Notes: a model not told the origin generated them from the sequence alone. Shown: positions 18,567 through 31,134, numbered from the stretch's first letter. The stretch is DNA of 64,000 bases from Gemmatimonadaceae bacterium (GCA_045803545.1 JBJMOW010000006.1:32001-96000); one strand, 5' to 3'. A program made the numbers and translations.

Positions 18567-20096
18567 TCACTGCTTTCCGCAGGTTCCTCCTCCCGGCAAC
18601 TGCGGTGATGACTCGCGCATCAAGGCTTCGATCTCGTTGATCTCACGTGGTGCGCCGCGTGATAGCCATTCGACGCCGTTTTCTGTGATGGCGTAGTCGT
18701 CTTCGATGCGCACGCCGATCCATTTGTACTTATCCACCGCCGGCGCGATGCGGGCGCGGAAGGCGCGATTGCGCGGAGTATCGGCCAGTAGCGCGATGTA
18801 GTCGGGTGCAACGTAGACGCCTGGCTCGACGGTGAACACGTCGCCGACTCTGAAGATGTTGTCCGGATGGTAGTACTGCGCCGGATCGTGGACCTCCAGG
18901 CCGAGTCCATGGCCACCGTAACCGTGAAGCGCGTAAAGCATCAACTGCTTGCAACCGGTGGGCGGACACGACATGCCGGTCAACCCATCGAACGTGGCAT
19001 TGGTCGAATCGATCAGCCCCAATCTCGTGAGGCCTCGCCCAATCACAGCTTTGCCCGAATCGTCCGCGATCATCGAGCTCACGCCATTTTTGATCTGCCG
19101 CACATACGCTTCCTGCGCGTCGCGCACCAGCTGATAAATGTCGCGCTGTGCGGGCGTGAACTTTCCGTTCACTGGAAAAGTGCGCGTCACATCGGCGGAG
19201 TAATGCCTGTAGGATGCAGCCGCGTCGATCAGAATGAGATCGCCGTTGCGCAGTGTGTCATTGTCGATCATGTAGTGCAGCGTGTTGGCGTGCTTCCCCG
19301 ATGCGACGATGCTGCCGTAGCCCGGCCTGGCGGCGCCAAATCGGCGGAAGGTGCCGTCCATCAGCGCCTGAATCTCGTTCTCGCCACACGATGGCGCCGC
19401 TGCTTTCATTGCTTCGCGATGCGCACGCACGCTGATCTGCGCCGCATGATGGAGCAGTGCGATCTCAGTTCGAGTTTTCCTTTCGCGCAGCTCGGTGATG
19501 GCCGAATCGAGCGACAGAATGATCGCGTTCGGATGCGCCGCGCGCAGCGACGAGACGAATCGCGCGCCAAAAGTGACCGTATCTTCGTCGAAGTAGTCGC
19601 CGCTGTGCACCGCAGGGATGAAATACACAGGTAGTCCTGTCGCGATCAGCGAATCGACAACCGGACGCAGTGTGGCGAGCTGCCGACCCGTCATGCCCAT
19701 GGTGCGTGACATATCGGCGATCGCTGTGCGGTCGCCGACGAATCGCGACATGATAGGCGATTGCGTCGGCACAAACATCATCGTCGAAGTCGCGGTCCCT
19801 TTGCGCTTGAGGACCAGCATCGCCGCATCCGACTCATCAAACCCTGTCAGGTATTCGAAGTTCGGCATCTGATAGAAGTCCGGGTAATAATCGAGCGGAT
19901 GCCCCTCACCGAAGGCGAGCACGATCCCCGAATCAACTTTTGCCGTGACCGCCGTCCGCCGAGCCGCGTAGTCCGCCGCGGTTATCGCCGCCGGCGGAGT
20001 AAGCGGCGCCAGCGAGCTCTGACTGCGGGAGAGCGCTGGAGTAAGCGCAAATAGTCCGGCGATTAGAGCGCCACGTCGCGTAAGCTGCGAAACCAT
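18567..20096 (-). CDS. Exported Xaa-Pro aminopeptidase (M24B)
   Basis: NFEYLTG, LHY, DAAA...ADVTRTFP, GHGLGLEVHD, TVEPG, GVRIEDD; signal peptide with RR. Confidence 0.92.
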   Translation of the reverse strand: MVSQLTRRGALIAGLFALTPALSRSQSSLAPLTPPAAITAADYAARRTAVTAKVDSGIVLAFGEGHPLDYYPDFYQMPNFEYLTGFDESDAAMLVLKRKGTATSTMMFVPTQSPIMSRFVGDRTAIADMSRTMGMTGRQLATLRPVVDSLIATGLPVYFIPAVHSGDYFDEDTVTFGARFVSSLRAAHPNAIILSLDSAITELRERKTRTEIALLHHAAQISVRAHREAMKAAAPSCGENEIQALMDGTFRRFGAARPGYGSIVASGKHANTLHYMIDNDTLRNGDLILIDAAASYRHYSADVTRTFPVNGKFTPAQRDIYQLVRDAQEAYVRQIKNGVSSMIADDSGKAVIGRGLTRLGLIDSTNATFDGLTGMSCPPTGCKQLMLYALHGYGGHGLGLEVHDPAQYYHPDNIFRVGDVFTVEPGVYVAPDYIALLADTPRNRAFRARIAPAVDKYKWIGVRIEDDYAITENGVEWLSRGAPREINEIEALMRESSPQLPGGGTCGKQ

Positions 20097-20178
20097 GACA
20101 AACCCCGATTAATGAGGAGAGGGCGTGCGGCCCGCGATAGAATGTTCTTTTTTCCGCGCCGGTCAATAGCTTACGCAT

Positions 20179-20224
20179 CCGCCTCCCGCCTCCCGCCTCC
20201 CGCCTCCCGCCTCCCGCCTCCCGC
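20179..20224. repeat. Heptamer tandem repeat (CCCGCCT)n directly before the DUF721 ATG
   Basis: Read directly. Confidence 0.9.
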
Positions 20225-20548
20225 ATGCGCAAGCGCGATCCCAACGAAAAAAAGCGAAAACCCGAGCCACTCGGCCAGGTCGTGGGCGCATTCCTCAAGG
20301 ATTCGAAGCTTGAAGAACGCCTCGAGCAGGCTGCCGTCGTACCCGAATGGGACCTGCTCGTGGGGAAGCAGATCGCGAAGGTGACCAAACCGATTTCAGT
20401 GACGCGGGATGGGACGTTGTTCGTCGCCGTAAAGACCAACGCCTGGATGACGGAGCTGTCGCTGATGGAGCCGCAGCTGTTGCGCGCGCTTAACGCAAAG
20501 TCGGGGAGATCGCGCGTGAAGAAAATTCGCCTACAGTTGATGCGCTGA
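20225..20548 (+). CDS. dciA: DUF721 / DciA family helicase-loader protein
   Basis: W..LVG.QIA..T.P...DGTLFVAV...AWMTEL pattern; lies between recF and gyrB. Confidence 0.85.
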   Translation: MRKRDPNEKKRKPEPLGQVVGAFLKDSKLEERLEQAAVVPEWDLLVGKQIAKVTKPISVTRDGTLFVAVKTNAWMTELSLMEPQLLRALNAKSGRSRVKKIRLQLMR

Positions 20549-20586
20549 GAGGTACTATCGGGCGCAAGAACGTTTCGAGTGAATCG

Positions 20587-21507
20587 TCAGGCGAATGCCA
20601 GCTTTACCGCCGTCTCGATTAGCTGAAGGAGCTCGCTTACCAGAAAAAAGTACACGACGACGCGCGCAGTTCGCGTCCACGACTTCTTTTTCTCCGAATT
20701 ACGAGCGGCCGCGAACAGGATGGCTGCCATCGGCAGGTGAAAGGCGGTGACAGCCAGACCCATCAAACCGCCGAGAGCAGCAATACCATCACCGCGCCAT
20801 TTCGGGCCGAACGAATCGGCCAACCCGGCCATCGAGACCACCAGCAGTATAGATGCAACGACAAAGTCGAACGTGAATCTCGGATTCACCGACGGGTGAT
20901 CCACCGACGGAGGATCCACAGTTGGATTGTCCTCCCATGGCCTTGGCCATTTGAATGTCCCGGCCGGTATCGGAAGGGCGGTCTCTGGGCGGGGGAACGA
21001 CAAAACTGGTGTCGCGACCACCGGTGTAGCTAACACCGGCGTTGGCACAACCGGCTTCTGCGCCAAATTGGAAGCCTTCTCTGTAGTGAACGGATTCACG
21101 GGAACCCGCTTAGCGAGGCTGATCGCGGCCCTCGATGCCTGTGTGAACAGGAAGAGATCCGCCAGCAGCAAAGGCGCGACTACCGCGCCCAGGTTAGTCT
21201 GGCCGGGCAGAAAAGCCATCACCGCACGGACGATACTCAAACCGAGCAGAGCGATTGCCGCGCGCGGATTCCCCTGCCCGACGTAGTATCCTAGCGCCAG
21301 GTACAAGAACCCCATTGCCAGGCTAACGATTGCAACCGCAACTCCATTCGCCTGCCCGCCAGTCGGCGCGGTGACCAGACTGCACGTTGCAAAGAAGAGG
21401 ACAACGGCTTCCAATTGCGCCAGACGGCGCGCCCACGTCAGGTACGAGCGTGCGGTGTCGCGCGGAACGGCGAATGCCGGATGGCTGGGCGTCAGTAGTG
21501 ACGACAT
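20587..21507 (-). CDS. Hypothetical membrane protein with Pro-rich central linker
   Basis: Two hydrophobic blocks separated by PVVPTPVLATPVVATP; GGAG RBS upstream. Confidence 0.65.
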   Translation of the reverse strand: MSSLLTPSHPAFAVPRDTARSYLTWARRLAQLEAVVLFFATCSLVTAPTGGQANGVAVAIVSLAMGFLYLALGYYVGQGNPRAAIALLGLSIVRAVMAFLPGQTNLGAVVAPLLLADLFLFTQASRAAISLAKRVPVNPFTTEKASNLAQKPVVPTPVLATPVVATPVLSFPRPETALPIPAGTFKWPRPWEDNPTVDPPSVDHPSVNPRFTFDFVVASILLVVSMAGLADSFGPKWRGDGIAALGGLMGLAVTAFHLPMAAILFAAARNSEKKKSWTRTARVVVYFFLVSELLQLIETAVKLAFA

Positions 21508-21541
21508 ATCATGGAGACTGCTCCTCCGTCGCCCGCGTCAC

Positions 21542-21862
21542 CTATGGCGCGTCTTTTCCCACTCCCGCCCGCTCGAACTCCGCAAACTCCGCTATGAACG
21601 CGACGGTGATTGCTTGCGCGAGATTGGCGCCGGGTAGCCTCTCCCGGACAAAGGATTCCCACCGACTGACGGGCACCTTCTTGTGGATGACTTCTTCGAC
21701 CCTGAAAATCAGATCGAGATAGTCGATCGATTCCGCGCCGAGAGAGTAAAGAGTGGTTTCGGGATGGACGATGGCTGGATCTACCATCAATACTTGCGCT
21801 ACGATTCGCTGCACTGCTGCAGTCAGATCTTTGTCGGTCACCAGCGACGGATCAACAGGCAC
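21542..21862 (-). CDS. Acyl carrier protein
   Basis: LGAESIDYLDLIFRVEE phosphopantetheine-site motif; overlaps the KS gene. Confidence 0.85.
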   Translation of the reverse strand: MPVDPSLVTDKDLTAAVQRIVAQVLMVDPAIVHPETTLYSLGAESIDYLDLIFRVEEVIHKKVPVSRWESFVRERLPGANLAQAITVAFIAEFAEFERAGVGKDAP

Positions 21863-23139
21863 GCGTTCTGTCCCCCAAAGCCAAAGGAATTACTGAGCGC
21901 GGCGTCAATGTCAGCCCGTCGCGCGACATTCGGGACACAATCCACATCGCACGCCGGATCCGGCACCTCGAAGTTGATCGTCGGCGGCATGAACCCCTCC
22001 ACCATTCCCAGAACCGTCGCCGCCAGCTCCACCGCGCCGGCTGCCGCGAGCAAATGCCCGATCATCGACTTCGTCGAGCTCATTGGGGGCAGAACGCTCG
22101 TTCCAAAAGCAGCGCGCACCGCGGCCGCTTCGGTGACGTCGTTCATCTGCGTCCCCGTTCCATGGGCATTGATGTATTTCACATCGGCGACGCTCGCCGA
22201 GCCGTCTGCCAGGCATCGCTTGATAGCCTGCACCGCCGCCGCTGCATCCGGTCGTTCGTCGGTGATGCGGTACGCATCACACGTGCAGCCATAACCGGCC
22301 AGCTCCGCCAGTACCTTCGCGCCTCGCGCTCGCGCCACAGACTCACGCTCGAGAATAAAGACGCCGGCGCCTTCGCCGATCACGAAACCGTCGCGCCGGG
22401 CGTCGAACGGCCGGCTCGCATGCTCCGGATCGTCGTTGCGTTGCGACAACGTTCCCAACATGCTGAACCCAAGAACGCCCACAGGGTTGATCATCGCGTC
22501 AGTACCGCCGGCAATCATGACATCGACATCGCTGCGCTGTATCGCGCGCAAACCTTCCCCGATTGCCTGGGTTCCCGCCGAACATGCAGTCGTGATCGTG
22601 TTATTGGGCCCCCGTGCGTCCTGCTGGATCGCGACGTGGGCGGCGGCCAGGTTGGGTAGGCCACGGAGCATCGAAATCGGATTGGTGCGCGCACGGAATT
22701 CGCGCGAGAACGCCGGTACGTTGAGCTCGTCGGAGTCAAGGTCCCGCGAGGATGCGATCGCGGCCTGCGCCTGACCAGCGAGCAGATCCATGTCGACCGG
22801 TCCCATGCCGCCGGCGCCGAGCGAAATCCCGATTCGATATGGATCGACGTGATTTCCGTTCAAGCCAGAAGCGCGACGTGCCATCGCCGCTGCGGCAACT
22901 GCGAAGCGCGCCGAGCGGCTCATGTGCTTCACCATCTTCGGCGGTTCCACGTAGGAAGCAGCATCGAACTTTGCGTCGTCGACTTCCGCCGCAATCTGGG
23001 TCTCGAGCCCGGCGCAATCGAAGGCGCGGATGCGTGCCGCTCCGGATCGCCCTTCCTTCAGTGCTGCACCAAACTCGGCGATACCTATTCCAATCGGAGT
23101 GACTACGCCGATTCCGGTTATGGCTACACGTTCAGCCAT
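21838..23139 (-). CDS. Beta-ketoacyl-ACP synthase (FabF-like)
   Basis: TACSAG (Cys), NAHGTGT and KSMIGH (His-His), SRPFD..RDGFV.GEG, SNSFGFGG. Confidence 0.95.
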   Translation of the reverse strand: MAERVAITGIGVVTPIGIGIAEFGAALKEGRSGAARIRAFDCAGLETQIAAEVDDAKFDAASYVEPPKMVKHMSRSARFAVAAAAMARRASGLNGNHVDPYRIGISLGAGGMGPVDMDLLAGQAQAAIASSRDLDSDELNVPAFSREFRARTNPISMLRGLPNLAAAHVAIQQDARGPNNTITTACSAGTQAIGEGLRAIQRSDVDVMIAGGTDAMINPVGVLGFSMLGTLSQRNDDPEHASRPFDARRDGFVIGEGAGVFILERESVARARGAKVLAELAGYGCTCDAYRITDERPDAAAAVQAIKRCLADGSASVADVKYINAHGTGTQMNDVTEAAAVRAAFGTSVLPPMSSTKSMIGHLLAAAGAVELAATVLGMVEGFMPPTINFEVPDPACDVDCVPNVARRADIDAALSNSFGFGGQNACLLIRRW

Positions 23140-23614
23140 TCGACGTCGCGTTGGCGGACCCCGGGTAGCGACCGAGCCAGATATCCGCTGCATGTTCCCA
23201 ATGCGCGCGATACAAGGGAGGAATGACCACGTCAGGCTCTTGCATGCTGAACGTGAAAGCCGCGACGGCTACCTGGCGGCTCTCCACTGACGCAACTCCG
23301 CGCACTCGCGCGGCGCGATCATCATACGATTCGATTTCGACCGCCAGGCTCACGCTGTCGCCCGGCCGCGCAAACGACGGAAACCTCGCGCGGTCGATGC
23401 TCACCATGACCGCTATGCGTGAATGATTGCAGCTCTCCCACAGCAGCACACCCGCAGTCTGTGCCAGACCTTCCAGCAGATAGACGCCCGGCAGCACCGG
23501 GTTCCCTGGAAAGTGCTCGTTGTAGACATCATCGCTGAGCGCGACGACACGTACCCCCGTCGCGCCCTTGCCGGGTTCGATCTTCACCACTCGATCGAGG
23601 TGGTAGTGCCGCAT
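23132..23614 (-). CDS. 3-hydroxyacyl-ACP dehydratase (FabZ/FabA-like)
   Basis: LDRVV, HFPGNPVLPGVYLLEGLAQ. Confidence 0.88.
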   Translation of the reverse strand: MRHYHLDRVVKIEPGKGATGVRVVALSDDVYNEHFPGNPVLPGVYLLEGLAQTAGVLLWESCNHSRIAVMVSIDRARFPSFARPGDSVSLAVEIESYDDRAARVRGVASVESRQVAVAAFTFSMQEPDVVIPPLYRAHWEHAADIWLGRYPGSANATSNG

Positions 23615-24357
23615 CAGCTCAGGCTGAAGCCGCCATCGGCGGTGATAACCTGCCCGTTGATCCATCGCGCTTCCGGTGCGAGCAGGAACGCCGCAATCGG
23701 TGCGATGTCTTCGGGGCGACCGAGCCTGCCCGGAGTGCGTCGACGGCTTTCGGCTTCGACGTCGGCGAACGTCGCGAAGCTTCGCAGCGAGTCTGTGTCA
23801 ACCGGCCCGCCACGAATCGCGTTGACGTTGACATGACAGGACGACATCTCCACCGCCAGATATTTTACCAGCGATTCGAGCGCGCCTTTCGCCGCCGCAA
23901 TCGGCGCGTAGCCGGGCATCACCGACGACGCGCCGAGACTGGTGAATGCGAGTATCGATCCGGCCTCGGCGAAGTGCGGCTGCGCCGATGATACAAGAGC
24001 GAGCAACGCACCAACGTGGGTGTCCCACGCCAGCTGCCAGCGCGCCGGTCGCGTCGAAAGCGCTGGTGACAACGAGCCGAGCCCCGCGGCGTGGACGATT
24101 GCGTTGATCGAGCCTGCATCGTCGACAAACCGGCGCACGACATCAGCACATTCGTCCGGTTTGCCGAGATTGGCGCAGTACGACAACGCGCGGCGCTTCT
24201 TTCCCTCAATGGCATCGACGACCTCGCGCGCCGCGGTGTCGTTGCGCAGATAGACAATGCCGACATCCCAACCGCGCTCGGCCAGCTCCAACGCGACGGC
24301 GCGGCCGATGCCGCGACTGCCGCCGGTGACGAGTGCCCAGCGTTCACCATTCACCAA
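23614..24357 (-). CDS. SDR, FabL/FabI-like enoyl-ACP reductase
   Basis: TGGSRGIG; YxxxxxxK spacing (YAPIAAAK); GGPVDTDSL. Confidence 0.8.
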   Translation of the reverse strand: MVNGERWALVTGGSRGIGRAVALELAERGWDVGIVYLRNDTAAREVVDAIEGKKRRALSYCANLGKPDECADVVRRFVDDAGSINAIVHAAGLGSLSPALSTRPARWQLAWDTHVGALLALVSSAQPHFAEAGSILAFTSLGASSVMPGYAPIAAAKGALESLVKYLAVEMSSCHVNVNAIRGGPVDTDSLRSFATFADVEAESRRRTPGRLGRPEDIAPIAAFLLAPEARWINGQVITADGGFSLS

Positions 24358-25881
24358 TCAATTGCCGCCCGTCGGCACACCGGCGACTCTCCGCTTCGCA
24401 AAACTCTCAGCCGCCAGCCGCGCTGCCCCGTCGTGCTCGCTCACAATGCGGGCAAGCGCCGCCTCGTTAGCAGGTCCACTCTCCGGCAGATGCAACCGGT
24501 AATAACCGCGCGTGTGCAGGAATACGCTGCGCTCTGTTCCCGGGCGCGCCGGCGGCGCCGCAAAAGTCAGCAGCGCGCGATCTCCCGTCACAGGCATTGC
24601 GTAGTAGCGTTGGTCGGCAGCGGTCAGATCCGCGAGAACATCCCGATTATCCGATGTAACGGCAGACATCGGCGCAACGCGCGTCACTGTCAGCGGCGGC
24701 GTTGCATCGTCGTAGCTGATTTCGAACGAGTTGAGCGCCCAGAATCCTGAAGGCGGACGAATCCGCAAACGAAGCTTATCTCCGTTCACGCGACTAACGT
24801 CGAGCGGAACCACCCGCGTCTCGGTGAGAAATGGCCCGCCTCCGGGAAGCAATCCGCGCGTACTCCACACACCGTCTTCGTCCACATCGAGCTTGAGAAC
24901 GTACAGCTCCTCGTTGACGTTCCACGCGCGGAGCGCGGCGAGATTCGCTGGGCTATTGTCGAGGGAAGCGTACCACTCGGTTACCGAAGACCCACGCAGC
25001 TGCAGCATCTCGCGGATCATGTGCGATCCCCAAATGCCGGTGCCGGCGCGCGCGACAAGTCTCGCGCGAGTCGCCCCACGCGGCTTGGGATACTCGAGAA
25101 CTATTTCCTGCCGGGGGCCAGTCGTTGGATTGACTACGGGCAGCGGCTCCCAGATTCTCTGATCGTCCGTTGCAAGCCACGCAGTGAGATCGCGATTGTC
25201 CTGATCTCGCGCCACCGACGGTCCCCTCGCATCTGATACGACATAAGGCTTCCCAAATTCGTCCATCGCTATGCGCGCGCCGGGCTGATGATCGATCACC
25301 ATCAGCTCCATCGAATTCGTGTACTGGGTCTCGTTTACTTCGTTGGTAACCATCAACCGGTAATTACCGGCTTCGTCTGGTCGGAGCTGCTCGAGATTTG
25401 AGTAATCGTCCCGTTCCAGTCCGCGGGTGATGGCGCCCCCGTACGGTTCTCCATCAAACACGTATTGCGTTCCGTCCCAGGAATACACGAAGGGACACGA
25501 CTCCTTGCTGGCGATAGCGATCGCTACCAGTGTTCCCAACACACCGACCGTAACGCCGAGCACCATGAGACTGGTGCGCCCCTTATCGAGCGACTCCACC
25601 CAGACGCGTTGCACGTTCGACAGCGCGAATCCCAGTGGCTGCTTGCCGACGTTCGCGTGGATGGTGTCTCCGCGAACAAAGGCAGCTGGACTCTTGTCGA
25701 ACTTGTATTCGGTGCCGTCGTTCAGAGTCACGCCTGACATGTGCTCGTTCGGCGCGATCCCTTTGCCCGATGCGGCGACGATGTCGGGTGATTGTTTTGT
25801 GACGCGGTGACAGCCGCTTACGTCGGCAGCCAGGAGGACTAGACACAGCGTAGCGGTGGGACGACGCACGCCTGCAAGCAT
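24358..25881 (-). CDS. Large exported or lipoprotein of unknown function (SCPFVYSWDG motif)
   Basis: GAGGAA RBS and ATG at 25881; signal ending VSGC; internal TM helix followed by SCPFVYSWDG...E.NETQY. Confidence 0.75.
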   Translation of the reverse strand: MLAGVRRPTATLCLVLLAADVSGCHRVTKQSPDIVAASGKGIAPNEHMSGVTLNDGTEYKFDKSPAAFVRGDTIHANVGKQPLGFALSNVQRVWVESLDKGRTSLMVLGVTVGVLGTLVAIAIASKESCPFVYSWDGTQYVFDGEPYGGAITRGLERDDYSNLEQLRPDEAGNYRLMVTNEVNETQYTNSMELMVIDHQPGARIAMDEFGKPYVVSDARGPSVARDQDNRDLTAWLATDDQRIWEPLPVVNPTTGPRQEIVLEYPKPRGATRARLVARAGTGIWGSHMIREMLQLRGSSVTEWYASLDNSPANLAALRAWNVNEELYVLKLDVDEDGVWSTRGLLPGGGPFLTETRVVPLDVSRVNGDKLRLRIRPPSGFWALNSFEISYDDATPPLTVTRVAPMSAVTSDNRDVLADLTAADQRYYAMPVTGDRALLTFAAPPARPGTERSVFLHTRGYYRLHLPESGPANEAALARIVSEHDGAARLAAESFAKRRVAGVPTGGN

Positions 25882-26037
25882 GGTTTCCTCCGGAAGTGGA
25901 AACTTATGAATCCGCCGATCGGCAATCATGGCTGTCGCGGTACGAGAGTGTCAAGTTCAGACCATTCCGCGGTCACTCATATACGTAGGATGTCGTAGGA
26001 GCACATTTCGATTGGCGCACCGCCCACCAGGCGCGAG

Positions 26038-26796
26038 GTGTTCGTGAGATTTGAAGGCAAGGTGGCGCTGATCTTCGGCGGTGCCGGCGGAATTGGTAGC
26101 GCAACGGCGGCATTGTTTGCATCGCGAGGTGCAAAGGTCGTGGTGGCGGACATCGATACCGAAGGCGCGACAAAAGTCGCGCGCTCGATATGCGAGACCG
26201 GAGGCGCGGCGATCGCCATCCCAGCGGACGTCTCACAGTACGACGCAGCAAAAGCCGCGGTAGCCGAAACGATTCGGCGCTACGATCGGCTCGACATCAT
26301 ATTCAACTGCGCCGCGATCGTAAGTCGGCGACCACTGCTCGAGCACGAGTCCGACGATTTCGCTGGCGTCATTCGCGTCAACCTCGAAGGAACCTTCAAC
26401 ACTCTTCTGGCCGGCGCCCGCGCGATGCGCGAGATCGATGCGCGGGGCTGCATAATCAACACGGCGTCCGTCGCGGCGTACATGGCCTCGCCGTTGATGA
26501 TCGGGTACCACGCGAGCAAGGGTGCAGTGCGATCTCTCACCCAGGCGGCGGCGGTGGAACTGGCGCCGCTCGGGATACGCGTCGTTGCCGTCGCGCCTGG
26601 GGCAGTCGACACGCCCCTGCTCGGCGAGGTAAAGACTGCGGGTCTCGAGCGAGATCTCGCGCGCAAACAGCTACGGCGAAAAATGATCGCGCCCGAGAAG
26701 GTGGCCGAAGTGGTTGTGTTTCTGGCCTCGGAGGAAGCGGACGCGATCAACGGGACGGTGGTGATGGTCGACGACGGCTACGTCTCTTTCAAATGA
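26038..26796 (+). CDS. SDR oxidoreductase (FabG-like)
   Basis: GGAGGIG, NCAA, YHASK, APGAVDTP; GAGG RBS. Confidence 0.9.
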   Translation: MFVRFEGKVALIFGGAGGIGSATAALFASRGAKVVVADIDTEGATKVARSICETGGAAIAIPADVSQYDAAKAAVAETIRRYDRLDIIFNCAAIVSRRPLLEHESDDFAGVIRVNLEGTFNTLLAGARAMREIDARGCIINTASVAAYMASPLMIGYHASKGAVRSLTQAAAVELAPLGIRVVAVAPGAVDTPLLGEVKTAGLERDLARKQLRRKMIAPEKVAEVVVFLASEEADAINGTVVMVDDGYVSFK

Positions 26797-26887
26797 TTGG
26801 CGAAGACTACGTCGCATGACGTATGTTGGGCTCCAGACGAGCAGGGCTATCGTGCCTCCTCGCGTTACACACATCGCTGGAGGTTTC

Positions 26888-27400
26888 ATGAGATTCGGTT
26901 TCCTCACTTTCGCTGCGATCGCGGCGATATCGACCACAGGCTTCGGTCAAACTCCTGAGAGCCGCTGGCCCCCGATGGTGGGAGCAAAAGCGCGAGTCCT
27001 CGCGCCGTCGCTCGGGATCGAGAAAAGGTCAGGGATAATTGAATCTGCGCGTGGCGACACCGTGCAGTTCCGAAGACCTGAAGGGCTAACGAGCCTCGCT
27101 CCGTCCGACATCACCAGGATCGATATCCTGACTGGAACCCACCGGGAGACTGGCAAGTGGACGGGAATCGGTTTTTTAGTGGGCGCAGTAGGCGGAGCAG
27201 CGATTGGTGTGCTGACGTACAAGAAACCCGGCCCGTATTGCTCCACTGGTTACGGCTTTTGCATCGAGAGAAGCAACGACAAAGGCGCGGCTGGCGGGGC
27301 GGGAGCATTGTTGGGACTCGTCGGCGGCTCGATTATCGGTGCGATATATGGGCATCACTTGCGTGAGACGTGGACGCAATTGCCTCTGCCTGCCCGATAG
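26888..27400 (+). CDS. Hypothetical exported or membrane protein with glycine zippers
   Basis: GGAGG RBS, signal peptide, GFLVGAVGGAAIG and GALLGLVGGSIIG. Confidence 0.7.
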   Translation: MRFGFLTFAAIAAISTTGFGQTPESRWPPMVGAKARVLAPSLGIEKRSGIIESARGDTVQFRRPEGLTSLAPSDITRIDILTGTHRETGKWTGIGFLVGAVGGAAIGVLTYKKPGPYCSTGYGFCIERSNDKGAAGGAGALLGLVGGSIIGAIYGHHLRETWTQLPLPAR

Positions 27401-27408
27401 TCACCTAT

Positions 27409-27804
27409 ATGAAGGATCTCGAGATCGTCTTTGAGAATCGACCTGGCGCGCTCGCCGAGATGGGAGAAGCGCTGGAGAAAGCGGGCGTGAACGTCGAAGG
27501 CGGCGGCGTCTGGCCGTGCGAGGGCAGCACGAAATCAACCGCGCACTTTCTGTTCGAGGATGGTGACGCTGCGCGCAAGGCTCTCGAGGCCGCGGGAATG
27601 CGGGTAGTCGCCGAGCGCGACGTGATCAGCCTTCGTCTGCGGCAGGGAGAGCCGGGCCAACTCGGCCGACTCGCGCGGCGCATGGCGGACGCTGGCGTGA
27701 ACATTCAGGTGCAGTACAGCGATCATTACAATCAGTTGATTCTCGTCGTCGACCAGCTGGTCAAAGGGGGCGCGATCGCGCAGGCGTGGATGAGGGAGCG
27801 CTGA
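27409..27804 (+). CDS. ACT-domain protein
   Basis: ENRPGALAEMGEAL..AGVNVEG; PGQLGRLARRMADAGVNI. Confidence 0.85.
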   Translation: MKDLEIVFENRPGALAEMGEALEKAGVNVEGGGVWPCEGSTKSTAHFLFEDGDAARKALEAAGMRVVAERDVISLRLRQGEPGQLGRLARRMADAGVNIQVQYSDHYNQLILVVDQLVKGGAIAQAWMRER

Positions 27805-27931
27805 TCTTCTAAGTTATTGGGAAATAAAGGCTTAAGATTAGCCGCTGAGCTTGCTTAACGGGGTCATTACGGGTAGATTTCGCAGTCTCTCGAACAGGTC
27901 GATTTCCCTCACCTTTCAGCGCGCAAACTAG

Positions 27932-29935
<2,004 letters not shown>

Positions 29936-29952
29936 TTTTAGATACCGTTTAC

Positions 29953-29987
29953 AAAAAAGCAGCGCGGGTAAACGCGCTGCTTTTTTT
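29953..29987. terminator. Bidirectional intrinsic terminator after gyrB
   Basis: A6-GCAGCGCG-loop-CGCGCTGC-T7. Confidence 0.9.
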
Positions 29988-30219
29988 CTAGCCTATAGTT
30001 ACTAGGCGCTTCGTGATTTCATACGTGATATGATTTCGGCACTCCGGTGAAACGAAAATGGCATTGTGAAAGGCAAATCAAACTCATTACCATTTGCAAT
30101 CGCAGTAGCGATCATGCCACGTTTCGGCGAAAGCTCACCATCGGTGCTGAACAATGCTCGCGAAAACTGGCCAATACTATTTTCGGCCAAAAGCTGTCGG
30201 CGCGTACGACGGCTAAATC

Positions 30220-31134
30220 GTGTCGTTTCCGTCGGCTGGGGTTGATGGGCCTGGGTCACAACTCGGTGCGTTGCTGCGATGGCTACCCGCAGCGCGCACA
30301 AAGTCGTCGAACGGGCGCTATCGGCACGTAATCCTAAAAGAAGATATCGCAGCGAGGTCGGCGGCGGTCGATTTCCTAAAGCGGTACGCGCATGCGGCAC
30401 ATGCGGATGCCGTTGCGTATTTCGCCCGCTTAAGTACGCCGACCCTAGATCCCCTCGGTACCCCTCAGACAACACGCGCATACGAGGGATACCCTAGCCG
30501 ACTTGCTGACACCACCCTTCAAGGTTATCTCGGGGAGTTATTGGCTGGCGCGATCGCGGAGAATTTTGAACTGTTCGATCAGACCAGTTGGTCGGTACCT
30601 GCCTACCTGTTCCGCTACCATCACATTGCGTTTGACCAGCTTGAACGAATGCGTCGGACGGGACGCAATCCTACACCTATTCCGGGAAGGAGTGGCGACG
30701 ATTGCCTCGCATTCCATCGCGATGCTACAGGGAATATTGACGCTTACATAGTTGCAGAGTCGAAATGCACGCGCGGCCATTCGATCGCACTAATCGACGC
30801 CGCTCACAAGCAAGCGAGTGAGGAGATTCCCAAAGGCAAGAGTACGCCATTCGTGTTGGAGATTCTCAAGGAGCGCAACACAGAAGAGGCCAATTCCTGG
30901 TATGAAGCTATCTCCAGTTTTTATTACTCGGACGTCGATCAAAACAGGTACAATCTGGTAGTTTATGTATACGGTAGACCTTGTCCGCCAGAAAGAACAC
31001 GAATCTCAAAGACCCAGCCTCATCGGACCTACACCGGTAAACACGAACTTAAGGCGGTCGAGGTGAGCGTATCTGGTGTCGGTGAGTTAGTTAATCAGGT
31101 TTACAGAGAAGGAGGCTGGGATGCCGGGACTTGA
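30220..31134 (+). CDS. HamA/DUF1837-like PD-(D/E)xK nuclease
   Basis: GYLGELLA...GRSGDDCLAF...IVAESKC motif order; overlaps the helicase start. Exact start uncertain. Confidence 0.65.
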   Translation: MSFPSAGVDGPGSQLGALLRWLPAARTKSSNGRYRHVILKEDIAARSAAVDFLKRYAHAAHADAVAYFARLSTPTLDPLGTPQTTRAYEGYPSRLADTTLQGYLGELLAGAIAENFELFDQTSWSVPAYLFRYHHIAFDQLERMRRTGRNPTPIPGRSGDDCLAFHRDATGNIDAYIVAESKCTRGHSIALIDAAHKQASEEIPKGKSTPFVLEILKERNTEEANSWYEAISSFYYSDVDQNRYNLVVYVYGRPCPPERTRISKTQPHRTYTGKHELKAVEVSVSGVGELVNQVYREGGWDAGT

